Of a DNA stretch of 64,000 nt, positions 11,236 to 23,177 are shown piece after piece. Source of the DNA: Takakia lepidozioides. Taxonomy: Eukaryota; Plantae; Bryophyta. The notes beneath the pieces are model-generated. The model did not search any database and had not been told where the DNA came from. It was given only the letters and a program-made list of their open reading frames with translations. The stretch lies in contig CM060734.1 of assembly GCA_030704615.1 (NCBI GenBank), positions 43,896,001 through 43,960,000 on the forward strand, written 5' to 3'. Position numbers and translations under genes: made by a program. Within the stretch, counting starts at the first letter, position 1; every line of letters begins with the position of its first letter.

Positions 11236-14200
11236 ATGGAAAACATGTCGAGGGAGCGAGATGCACTCGCTCGATTCCATTCCAATGCAGGTACTCTTCC
11301 ACTGACTGCCACTGCAGACGACGATGGGTATGCAGTTGTTCATGAGGATGAGCTGGTTACAGTGTTCCCGCTGGAGTTGGGTTCTCTGCTTGTTCAGAAA
11401 GAGGTGTATGACGATGATGGGAATTTGGATTCTGGGCACTTGGAGAAACCTTTGGTTGGCGAGTGTGGAAGGAAGTGGAGAGTCCTTCCAGGAACATACC
11501 GTGTCCTTGGAAAAGAGAGAAGACAATCAGCAGGATCAGTCGTTACCCCTGGCACTGCAGCATCGGTCGTGCAACAGAAGGGCACAGTTCCTGTGAAACA
11601 AGAGGTGAGCACATCCACTACCTTCGTGACTCTTTCGGACTCGTCCTCGGAGGATGTTTCTGAGATTCCTCCGCCAGTGCAAACTCCCTTATTGCATGAT
11701 GACGAATTGCAAGAGATAACAAGTGTCATTCCAAAATTGAAAGCCCTCGCAGGTGTGCCTGGGTGCAAGAGCGAGCTACGTTTTGTTGATTGGGAGTCCC
11801 TTCCAGTGCAACGGGTTCAATACGTGCCAGCTCAGTTTGATGGGGACATCTTGTTTGAGCTCAACCCTCCCACGTCTTCCAGTGGACTGGCTGGGCTTCT
11901 GCAGGGCATGGACAAGAAACATGACGGACATCATTGGTGCAGGACAAAAACGTCGAACATCCATAACGACATTGGCTTGAAATTTCGGAGGTCGGTTTGC
12001 GTTGGGCATTGCAAGTGCCTGAATATTTCTTGCCCTCGGCTGAGAAACAGCGCTCAGCCAAACGAAAGTGAGTGGGAAGGTGTGCCCCTGAATCCTTTCA
12101 CCCCAGGGCTTGCACCTCCCAAGACCAATACTTTTGTGTGCAGGTTCTGCAAACTTTCCCCGTCCTGTGTTTCTGTTTGCCACGCTCGTATGTATCAGGT
12201 GGCACATCGATGCAAGACAATGACTCGTGCCTGCATTCATATGGGTGCACACGAGCATCTTGTGTCCAAAGGGAGTTGCAGGGATAGCGTGGACATCGCT
12301 AGAAATCTACTGAAGCAAGAGTTCCACAATGCCCCTTGTGCAACACCTTCTGCTATAGCGCTTGCAGCTAGCAAGGCATTCCTGGAAAAACACATACTGG
12401 GTGAAGGGGATGCGACACAGCCAATGCTGGATGCAGATTCCCTTGAGGCAGTCATGGACCATTTCTCCATGTTGAGCTCTCCCAATATTCGAAACCAGGT
12501 GAATGCACTCAGAATGGGCACAGGCACTGCTGGATTCATGGACAACATTATGGACCTCAAACGGAGGAGTCGCTATGAATTCATTCAAAACAGTATGTTC
12601 CCTGGCCAGGGCTCGTCCAAAGTGTATTTGTTCAAGATGTCCGCTGTGGGCCAAGGCAGTGGTGTGAGCATTGTCCGCCGAATGCAACCTGGAGGAGATT
12701 TGGCTAAATGTTGGTTAATGTTTGATCACTGCAAACGGGTGAAGGGTTGGACAACCATGGCGTGCCATGTGTATGATCCAGCGTACCAGCGTGTGCTCTC
12801 CATAGCAATTTGTGATATGCAGTCGGAGGACACTGAATCCCAGATGCTCATGTGGAATTCCCTCCTGGCCGTCATGCAGCGCAATGGAATACAGAACACA
12901 AATTTTGCGGGCTTCATGGCTGATAGTGCACAGGCAAATTTCAATGCAGTGCGGCGCGTGTTTGGTTCGGGGGATCCTAGGGTCCCAATGGAAAATAGGG
13001 AGCGCACATGCCTCTTCCATTGGAGTCAATCTCTGGCACGTCATACAAAGCGCTGCATTCGCCCTGACCTTCAGTTGGAGCATAGAAGGCTCTGTCTGAA
13101 GTACAAGAATGCCACCTCAATGGGAGAAGCTGAGAGCACTTACCAGGCAATCCGGGCTTGGTGGTTCTCCTCTGGTGCTGCTACAGGTATCCACCTGAAG
13201 GAGTTGGAGGACTGGTTGGTTTTCTGGCACTTCAGGTACAGACAGTGGGGAGCTTTCATGACGACGGTAAGCCTCACAAGTTTTCCTTAAACACAAATTG
13301 CACTTTGCATCGTGCCTGTTCATTTGGGGTTGTTCGATTGTCACTTGAAGAACCTCTACCATTTCTTTTCCTTCCTCACATTTCCATGCAATGCCTCCTG
13401 CAGGACATGTCCTTGGAGGACTTGGCCGACATGTCATCGTGTAATTTGGCAGAGACTGTTCACAATGCCTGGATGCAACAGTCTACCAAAGCAGGTCGTG
13501 ACTTGTATGTGGCCACTGCTGATGACATGGTGCGGGCACTTACACAACAAACCAGGTACCGCAATTTTCTGATGGGACGGGGTGGAGGGAAGGGCCCCGA
13601 TACGACTTTGTTGATGCTAAGGGCTGCGAGTAGGTCCGGAGACCCGTCAAAGATGGCCAGAGCTCTAAACAGGTGCACTGAAGGCTCCCCTCTGCAATCC
13701 AGGCTCCCCCATTTGGAAGGCGAGGAAAGATTTGGATCATGCAAAAGGAAATTAAACACTCTTCCAGGGTCAGATGGAGATTCCCATAGGCCAGACAGGT
13801 CAATTTCTCTGTGCCAAAGGTGTCTCCAGTGCAGACTAAGTCCTGTGCCGGCCCCTTCCCAGGTGGGTCCTCCTCCTGTGGAGCAGGTGCAGAACATGCA
13901 AGCATAGCAGCGGAAATCCCATTGGAGGAGGTGGTGGCCATGGTGCAGGAATCTGATTGCATTGATAGTGACTGGCATATAGAACGCACCCCACCGGGAT
14001 CTAGAGTGGCTTGCATGGCAATTCGGACCCCCTCATTCAAGAAATGCAAATCAAAAATATGCAAAGGCTCCAGGGGGAACTCCAGCTCCAACATTCACAG
14101 GGTTGTTCCGACCTTACCATAGTGGGGAGTCAAGAGCACAAGTTTTGGTTCTGCCCAGACGATATGGCACGATGCGTGAAGGGAACAGTTCGTCCTTCCG

Positions 14201-14814
14201 TGATAATGAAGCCCCCTCCCCCCGCAATTTGGCCTGTGAAAATTGGGACATCGCTGTCCTCAACCGAGATAAGCATGCTGGAGGAGGGAGGGTTTTGTCT
14301 TGCACGGTCCCGGGTGGTGCCCTTATGCACTGTCGGCACAGATGTGCCACATGCTCCGACAATGCCTCCACCCGGTGCCGACTCCCACCCAACAAAAAGA
14401 GATGGAAAAACAGTGCGCCGTGTTGCTTCGGGTGCAGATCACGAATGCAAGATGGAATCGGCTAGAATTTTGCAGGCTAGGGTGACTCGTATCACCGAAG
14501 TCCCTTCCCCGGGGTATGGACGGATTTACACAGTGCTGTCAATTGGCTCAGTTCTTCATGCCAAAGAATATCAGGTTACCATCGGGAATTTCCCATCGTG
14601 CACTTGTCCGGATTTTGTAACAATGCGTGAGGGCGCTCTCGGCATGAGAGGGAAGTGGGTCCCCTGCAAGCATCAATATTACATATACCTTGTAATTATG
14701 TGTTGCGACGGTAAGAGAGACCAATTCATTCACCAAGCCACACTAGGCTACGGAGAAGTCATCACCCTTCTGCAGCGGGACACCTCGCGTAGAGCTCCGC
14801 CAACTTCTCTTTGA
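11236..14814 (+). CDS. MULE (MuDR-type) transposase with GCM/WRKY-like zinc domain, DDE core and SWIM finger; C-terminal part frameshifted
   Basis: Long ORF with WLMFDHCK (D1), FMADSAQA (D2) and CLFHW (CxxH). Intron 13267-13403 is followed by CNLAETVHNAW (E). SWIM finger CTCPDF...PCKH lies at ~14600-14680. Apparent frameshifts near 13798 and 14070-14130. The start ATG is uncertain. Confidence 0.85.
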
Positions 14815-15232
14815 ACACATACGAGCCATGCCCGCTTCCCATGCTGGTTTCCAGGTTGCCGTGTGAAGACTTTTCATTTTATGACAAACATATACATTTC
14901 GTTCACGGAACCAGGGCAAATGCACTTGCGATTCATTGTAAGCGTCTCTCTGTGAATTGAAATAAACTGTGTCAATCATTCTGAGCTCAAATCTGCCATA
15001 TTTACATATTCCTCTTTTTTGGCACGCATTGCAGACATGGTGCATGGTGGCCTCCTTTGTTTTGTCCACGGTAATAGGCCCTCTTCCTGCAATCCTCGCC
15101 TATAGGACCTGCTTCTCCAGCAGATTCATGCCGCTCACGCTTCCCTGAAGCGTGAGCTCAGCTCACGCTTCAAAGCTTCAACGTGAGCTCAGCTCCCAGG
15201 CTCACGGGGCTGGGCTCACGCCGTAGCTACGC

Positions 15233-16055
15233 TGCTTGCAGGGTATGCACAACAGGGGTGCGGGATGGAGGCTCCAACCTATGAGCAAATGTTGGGGGAA
15301 GGGGTGAAGCCCGCCGACATAAGGTTTGTGTGTGTTTGCAGTGTGTTTGGCAGCCCTGGAAAAGGGCAAAGAGATCCCTGCAGGTGACATGATCAAATCT
15401 GCAATTGTTCCAGATGTCATCCTGAACACTGCTCTGGTGGCCATGTATGCCAAATATGGTAGCATTGAGGATGCAAGGGAGTGTTCAACACTATGGCTGA
15501 ATGAGATGTGGTGTTGTGGAATGTGATGCTTGCAGGGTGTGCAGAGCAGGGACACTGTATGGGGCTTTGGAGACCTGAAAGCAAATGATGGGGGAAGGGG
15601 TGAAGTTCGACCACATCATGTTTGTGTGCATTTGCAGTGCGTGTGCAAGCCTGGCAGCCCTGGAAAAGGGCATCGGAGGTGCATGATTGCATCACCAAAG
15701 TTGGAAATGTACTAGATGGATCAATAACTACAAGAAACCTGCATGGGTAGATGGTCAACTAGAAGCTGCAGCAGCAGTGGCACAATGATATACTCAGGCA
15801 CTGGTAATGAAGGCACCTTCTTCAACACATTTCACCCTGTTTTTCCCTCTTATTAGAATCGGCTCTAAATTTTCATGTTGAATTCTGCAAGTTAGCTGGT
15901 TGAGTGAGCCTTTGATAGTTTGGAGCGACTTTGACATGGTACTGCCAATGTGACAACAGGGAAGTATCCAGAAACAGGTAACAGCTGAGATGAGGAGAAG
16001 CTGTGGAATGAATACTTTTCTGACCCCAGTCAATGGTGGGACAACCGAGGCAAAA
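15233..16055 (+). pseudogene. PPR pseudogene continuation plus the recurrent WVDGQLE module
   Basis: LAALEKGKE..GDMIKSAIVPDVILNTALVAMYAKYGSIEDA with frameshifts; continues the 3182-3320 fragment. Confidence 0.82.
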
Positions 16056-16705
16056 ACTTCATGAACGTAAGGCATGAGTGGCTGATTGTTTCATTTCGAA
16101 CCTGATATGCTTTGAGCCTGGTTCCGGAGATTTATCTCCAGACCTGCAATATGCTTTTGTGATGAGTTTACAATCTGCATATATGGTGGTAATTGTTATA
16201 TATCAAACCAAGGTTCTTTCCTAAATGTGAATGACCTGGAAACCTTGTTAGAAAGATGAATGGCTTACGAATTGGACTATGTATGGCTTGACCCATGGAT
16301 TAGATTTCAAAGGATTAGAACATGTGTTAGGGCTTTAATACTGAATGGATGTGGGACATTGCTAGGGCGCCAGAGCATGATATTCCATGCATTCACGCCA
16401 TTGGATGCCAAACTTTTTTTGGCACGTTGGACCAAGGTTTGTATGCGTTCACGAACTGCCGACCTTGCTCGTTGCCCGGTTGACCTTATTTTCCGTAATT
16501 GCTAACTTTGTAGGATGGAGGGGCTTGTGTTAGGCTGCAACTGGATGCATTGATGGCAATGATGTTGGGAATGTCAGCAACCGCCCCTCCTCCAACTATT
16601 ATCCCAATATGTACTGTTATTGAACCTTGCGATTCCGACGCAGGCTTGGGAGGCAAGACTGCTACGGAGAAGGTGGTTTGTGCACCTTCTTTGTCCTTGT
16701 ATTAC

Positions 16706-19700
16706 CAGTGTTGTGCGGGTACCCGCTTAGGCGGGTTGGAACCGGCGGTTCTGGTTCCGGTTCCTGGGAATCAGTATTGGAACCGGAACGGCGCCCATGA
16801 ACCGGAACCGGAACCGGGGGAGCAGGGACGAGCCGGTTCCAGAACCGGAACCGGCGGGTGCGGGTTTTTCCAGGAACCGGCTTGGAACTGGAACTGGGGG
16901 TCAGTGGCGGTTCCGAATTCGGTTCCCGCACTAGGGTTTTTTTTTTTCCATGATCTGTCGTCTCTCACGCGCGATCTGTTGCAGTAACGCGACTTCAGTG
17001 CGGGGGAGGGAGCAGCGCGGGAGAAGGGATCACATCAGTGCACCAGCGCGTGGGGGAAGGAGCAGCGCATAACAAGGCGGGAGGAGGGATCAGATCAGCG
17101 CACGGGGGAGGGAGCAGTGTAGCAGCGCGGGGCGAGGTATCAACATTTTTTTTTTTTTGGTTTGTTTTGTTTGGTTTTCCTGCTTCTGTGGTCTCGCACC
17201 TTCCACCTACGGTATGTGCTGTGCACAATAGCGCGAGCATCAACGCGGGGGAGGGAGCAGCGCCTCAGCGCGTGGGGGAGACCGGAACAGTGCAGGGGGG
17301 GAGGTAGCAGCGTAGGCATCGGAGGTTTTTTTTTTTTGTTTTTTTTTCCCACGTTGTATCGTCTCTCACCTTCTCCTACTGCAGCAGGGCGAGCATCAAC
17401 GCGGGGGGGGGGGGGGAGGGAGCAGCCGGGTACGAGTATAGGGGAGGGAGCATCGCAGTCAGTACAGCAACCTCCGTGGAGGTTAGCCCTCCATTTTTTT
17501 TTTTTGGTCCTTTTATGGCAAAATTGTGCAGCCGAGAAGCTTGTGCTAGGGCCTTTAGCCCTCCCTCTCTCTCTCTCTTCTTCCTTTCATGGCAAGTTAA
17601 TGGAACCAAGTGCTAGGCCCTTTTAGCCCTCATTTTTTTTTTTTTCCTTGAATGGCAAAGTCATGCAACCAAGTAGCTTGGCTGTCTACTGTAGCCAGTG
17701 TCGTATGTTAGCATTAGGAGATCTGAAAATGGTCAATGTACATGCTCTCTTGGCTGGTCTACTGTTGCCAATGGCTTATGATAGCATTAGGAAATGTGAA
17801 AGAGGTCTACCTAGTGTGCATTTGATTGCCACTCATGACACCTGAAAACTGAATTTCCACATTTGAGGATCTGTCATGGTGCCTAAAGGGGGTGAATGAC
17901 TGAAATGACCTATCTTATATTTATATATATGTGTTCTACTTTGAATGTATGAGTGCTTGTGCCACCCAAGAGCTTGTATGTATGCCCTTGCTTTAATATT
18001 TGGCTCTACCTGCGGGATTGGGTATTTACTGTCATAAGACCAGCCCCCCTATTTAATGTCATAAAACCAGCCCCCCTATGTGCAGTGTTGTACAGTTAAC
18101 TAGGCTCTCACATTGGTATAATTATATTACTAATTTGCATTGTATGAATGTTTAAGCGTGAATTGGGTTGGATTGGGATTAATTTGATTCAGGGAGTGTA
18201 TCCAGCCATTTGCAACGTATGCAGCCCAATATCTTTGAAGAACTGGAGAGAGGTGTTGTTCATGACACCAATGTCAACAATGCGGGAGCTATGGAAGCTT
18301 GCCCTACGCTTGGAGGAGCTATATGTGCATCGTCTTCTTCATCAATTCCTCTCACTTCAGCGGTCGGTGGGTCTTCCACAATATCACAGTATTCAAGCAA
18401 CTCAATGTCCGAGGAAGAGCAGTTTTCCACCCTACGCAAGCAACGTGATTTTTGGAAACCTTACAATCGCACTGCTTCGTCATGGGCATTTTATGCAGTT
18501 GCCAGTGTTTTGTCATCCTGCTCCTGTGTTTGAAAAGATGTCAGGATGTATGACTTACAACAAAGACCATGGAAACTCTGTTCTTTACAAGCATGTGAAT
18601 CAGAAACATGGGGCTTTGGTTAGTAAGTGGATTGAAATGGAAAAAGATGGGCTGGATGCTTGTAGACCTGCGAAGAAGATGCTTGGCCCTACCCCAGGGA
18701 ACATATCTTCTTTCTTTGGCAGTCGAACTACATACAAGAAAGATGATGAACAGCAGAAAATGTTCAACGAGGATTTGGTCCTGTTCATTACAAAAGAGTT
18801 GTTGCCATTGTCTTTGGTCGAATCTCCATGGCTACGAAGGGTAGTGGGGAGACAAAATGATCGTCTAGTTTTTCCCTCTCGACGCACACATGTGAATGAG
18901 ACGCTCCCATCACTGGCAGCAAAAACACAAGACTTGTACATGTCCCCATTGATATCCAATTGTGTAACTTATACTGTCAGTTTTGATTTGTGGATGTCAA
19001 GAGGAGGAATAGATACTTTTGTCATCATAGTGCACTTTCTTAATGAGCAATGGGAACCATGTCATGTGACATTGGAAATGTTTGAGGCACCTGATACATC
19101 GAGGGCCTCGTGGACCCCCCCCAACCGCAACTCGGTGTGCGGGGCTCCACCTAGTGAGCGCCTCCGCCTCCTTGACAAGTGAATGACCTTTTGACTAAGT
19201 ATGGTTTGAATTCGCGCATCATAGCTTATGTCAAAGATGAAGGAGGTAATTTGGGTACTTTGACTGCAGCTTTGAATGCAGTTGTGTCTTGTGCCCTATT
19301 GGGACTGTCTGCACCATTTGTGGGAAGTTGCTTTGGACATGCAATGTCCAAGTGTTGTCAGTATGCCACGCGGACTGATGCAAAGGTGTGCATGGATATG
19401 AGGGTTGTGTCTATAAAGGATGCTCAATCAGAGTTGCAGAAGACCATCACTTGGACCAAGAATAGTGGAAAGGGAAGGCAAGAATGGAATGCAGCATGTG
19501 TTGATAGTGGCATTCATCCTCGCAAGCTGAAGACTCCAGTGAAAACCAGGTTTGCTTCCAAAGTGATCATCTTTCAAGAAACTTTGGAATTTTGGCAAGT
19601 CATCATTACTTGTTATTCTAGGCAAACTTCACTGTCTTTGCAATCTCGCATACCAAGCCCACAAGTGTGGGCAATTGCAAAGTCTATTTCCATGGTTCTC

Positions 19701-20911
19701 GGACTTGTGGTTCATGAGTGTGTTATGAACCGGCGGATACTGACTGTTGTCTGATGCTCTTGCTGCAGCCATTACAACTTGTGTACGCATGAGAGTGTTC
19801 GAAGGTTGGGTACAGTGGATTATCGCATTGGGGATTTTGATGCAGAGTTGCAATTGTGAGAATGGCGGATGGCTGAGGAGGTGGTGCATGTATTGGGGCC
19901 ATTTCTCTCATTTTTGGAAGGAGTTCAACCATTGAAAGCCCACAATATATTGGCGCTGATGCTTGATCCGCGTTTCAAGGGATTGTCCTTGGTGACACAG
20001 TATGTGGGCAGAGAAAAAAGACATATCATTGTTTGGCAATATGACACCTTGGTGTTGGAGCCTCTTTTGGTCAAATGTTTCAAGATCCTTCACCCAGATA
20101 CTACGACCTATCCGGAGCCAGATTCCACTCAGGATGACATGTCATTGTTTGAGGAGCCATGTGAGGATATGACAACACTTAATGGTGGTGAGAGATGAGC
20201 TTGCGCATTTCCGAAGGCAAAAGGTCACTGACACTGAGTGTAGTGCTTCTTTGAAATGGTGGAAAAAACATGAATCTGTATTTCCATGTGTGGGGTATTT
20301 GACACGTCTCCTGTTGGGCATTGTTGGGTCTCAGATTGAATGTGAGAGAGTTTTTAGCATTGCAGGTGTTATTACAAACTTGTGACGTTGCAAGTTAGGT
20401 GTTCAGAACCTTGATATGCTTGTGAGCATTGGCAAGAATTGGCCAAATGATGCTCGTGTTGGTTGCATGAACTCTTCCATGAATGAGTTTTTGAATAGTG
20501 ATGAAGTCCTCTTAGATAACAACGAGGAGTTGATTGTAGAGGCCGAGTTGTTTGAGATAGAATGATTTCTTTGTGTACTCTATACACATTGATTTATACT
20601 CGCTTACATTGCATTATTATTATTTCATAAATTTCATGGTCAAAATATTTGATATAACTAATGGGGATTCACAAATCATTTTCAGATTTATAAAAAAACG
20701 ATTAAAAAATTATATATATATATAAATTCAAAAAATAGAGAACCGGAACCGAAAACTGGAACCGGCAGATCCTTCCCAAAAATACCCGGAACCGGAACCG
20801 GAACCGCTTCATAAAAAAGAACCGGATTCGGAACCGGAACCGCCTCTTTAAATCTACCAAGGAACCCGGAACCGGTGGTTCCTTCAATATGGCAAGAACC
20901 GCAGAACACTG
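16706..20911 (+). mobile_element. hAT transposon, 4.2 kb, decayed autonomous-type copy
   Basis: TIR CAGTGTTGTGCGG / CCGCAGAACACTG, dense GGAACC/GGTTCC subterminal repeats at both ends, and an internal hAT transposase. The TSD is imperfect (tgtattac vs gtttttac). Confidence 0.9.
18190..20565 (+). pseudogene. hAT transposase pseudogene
   Basis: VSFDLWMS (D), YVKDEGGNL (D), CFGH, KTRFAS, ALMLDPRFK and the dimerisation motif LKWWKKHESVFP...SQIECERVFS. Several frameshifts and stops. Confidence 0.88.
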
Positions 20912-21589
20912 GTTTTTACCCCGCATACAAGTATTGCAGGGATGTTGCCTTTGCCAATACCAGCCCAGGTATTGCAAAGTGTGTGGGCTCTATTGTAGAC
21001 AAAGTAGGAGATGCATTGACACTCCTTATTAGCTCAACAAATTTGACGTGCCGCTAGATTTTGATATGTTTCATGGTCATGTAGGCAGCAAGCAACTGTT
21101 CAACCATCTGATTCCTCTCCCCACATGAGCATCCTGTTGTTGAAGTGGGCCACATGGGCCAGCAAGCCAAGTTGAAGAAAATAACTGCCCCAATGCGCAT
21201 TATACAGAACCTTTGGATGCCCCATGTTTGTAGTAATGTGGTTGGTGGCATGGCCCACGGTCCCCACGACGGCGCATGGGACCCCCCCAAAGCAGCCTGC
21301 CGTCCACCATCAACTACCCCCCTTCAATCATCTCATAATTGGGCACCCTCTTCTTTTGCTGTGAAAGTTGAGCGTGATTGTGGACATGCAGTACAAAGCC
21401 TGCCTGCTTTCCCTTATGTGTGCCTAAGCTCATACATCTATTCATTCGCTAAAGATGGTCCCTAGCTACACAGGGAGAGCCTTTGGGTCAGACAGGGTGT
21501 GGATACCGAGGCTGCACAACACTGAGCCTGCCTCAACATGTTTTGGATCTTCTCATTCACAAAAAGCTGAGGGTTCCCACATCTACTCA

Positions 21590-23177
21590 TAATTGAGTGT
21601 GTCCCCTTTTGAATACTCATTTCATAGTAGGGCTTGTCATTTTGTCAAACCTTGGGGCATGTGCAACAACGTCATGGATTGTGATTTGGGTCCGGGTATT
21701 CGAAGAAACTCACTTGTCTAGGATCCAGCGAGTTACAGAGTACACGTCGCACATCTCCTATCGAGTTGCCACTGGACGGATGTCTCACGAAGGTACCGTA
21801 GACTGCAGCTTTCTCGATTAGAGATTAGTAATCCTACAGGATCATGGTCACTGGCATGGCAGGCTGAGCTCTAAACCTGTCCAGTCCAGTCATTTACTCG
21901 TCGGGAAGTTGTGAGAAGGTTGGCTCTTTTACTCTGCCCACGTCCAGGTTGAACAACTAGACTTGATGAGCTCCACAGTCAAATCCCCTGCCGTGTGATT
22001 TCGTCTGAATTTGCTAGTGAGGATCCACCCAGGCGGGTTTATAGACGTTGTTGTTAGCTGCGCAGTTGGATACAATTCAAGTAGTCTCAGCGATGGTTTC
22101 TAGAATATGCAAGGGGGGCCGTTCGGAGAGGAGTTGTTAGGAAAGTGCAGGAGCCAGCCGGGTGGACAACATCTTTTTCTACCAGCGGTGGTGAGCTAAC
22201 TAGCCTAGCTGAGCGTCATGTGTTGTATAGCCATAGTTACTTGGTGTTAACTGGGATGGTCTGTATTACAGCAGTTAAAATCCAGGTGCCTGCCATGGAC
22301 TCGGAGGATGTCCCACCTGCCCTTTTCTGCATGTTCAATTTTATTACATAAAGCTGCCTGATATCCTTAACCGCAGGGTACCGTAGGTCTACTAAAATTT
22401 CGCACGCACTGCCCCACGAGGGCGAATGAGAGCAGCGCTCCCGGATGGCGAACACCAGATGCCCAATAATAGCTCTGGCAGATCTGACAGAAACGGCCAA
22501 ATCTATGCAAGCTAGGCCTGTTGATAGCCAGGCATCTCCTACTTCGGGTTTGGATTTGTGGCCTTGCACATACATCAAGGTTGGAATTCGTCAACGGTGG
22601 TCGTCCACCAGCACATGAACTCTGGCCTTCCGCCATTGTTAGTCTGTAGGAGAGCTCTAGGACTACACTCTGAGAACCCTCTCCTACACTCTGAGAAACC
22701 AGACCCTTCTGGAACTGGTCAGCTGTATGAGATAGGGTCCCATGTCATCGACATTGCTACACTGTCTGGAAGGCTGTCCTCCAATGCAATGACAACACCC
22801 ATTTTCCTCAAAAAGGCTGGAACTGAAGTCGACGAATGGGATTCTAGAGAGAGTTTTGTTCAATGTACCATTCACACCCAAAACATCGACCGTGCCAACA
22901 TGTGTCGCTTTTGAATTAGTTTTCGCGTCGGCGATGCTGAATCTACAGAATGTAGCGAGACTGAGTGGGATCCAAGCACACGCGCAGTTCTTCTCGCTGA
23001 TGCGTCTATAATGTATGGATCATCTCTGTGCTGTTGTTCCTGTCTACCACCTGCTGTGCTGCTTGGACGTGCACTGAGAAACCGCTAAAGACCCGACGGT
23101 GCTTCAGAGAAGCTCTCACCGATCCGACTGGCAGCGTATTTACAAGCTGGGATATTGGGGGAGAATACTGCTGCACA
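21590..23177 (+). pseudogene. Partial duplicate of the LRR gene's upstream region and 5' coding end (truncated)
   Basis: Homologous to ~27263-29108. 23008-23177 encodes LLFLSTTCCAAWTCTEK..FREALTDPTGSVFTSWDIGGEYCCT and then similarity ends. Confidence 0.82.

Larger units (their letters stand above)
3321..15232 (+). mobile_element. Mutator-like (MULE) DNA transposon, 11.9 kb, with degenerate TIRs; carries a transposase, a ParB-MTase gene and a tandem palindrome array
   Basis: TSD TGCTTGCAG at 3312-3320 and 15233-15241 (9 bp; 10-11 bp is possible because of the G-run). Removing the element restores the PPR sequence. Both ends carry clustered CGTGAGC/GCTCACG motifs, and a MULE transposase lies inside. 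Confidence 0.92.

Noticed and set aside
16550-17626. ORFs rich in EPEP/PVPV or poly-F/G
   Set aside because: They are translations of hAT subterminal GGAACC repeats and homopolymer tracts.
20912-21560. Possible decayed retrotransposon gag (zinc-knuckle-like trace) flanking the hAT element
   Set aside because: Too degenerate to support by eye.
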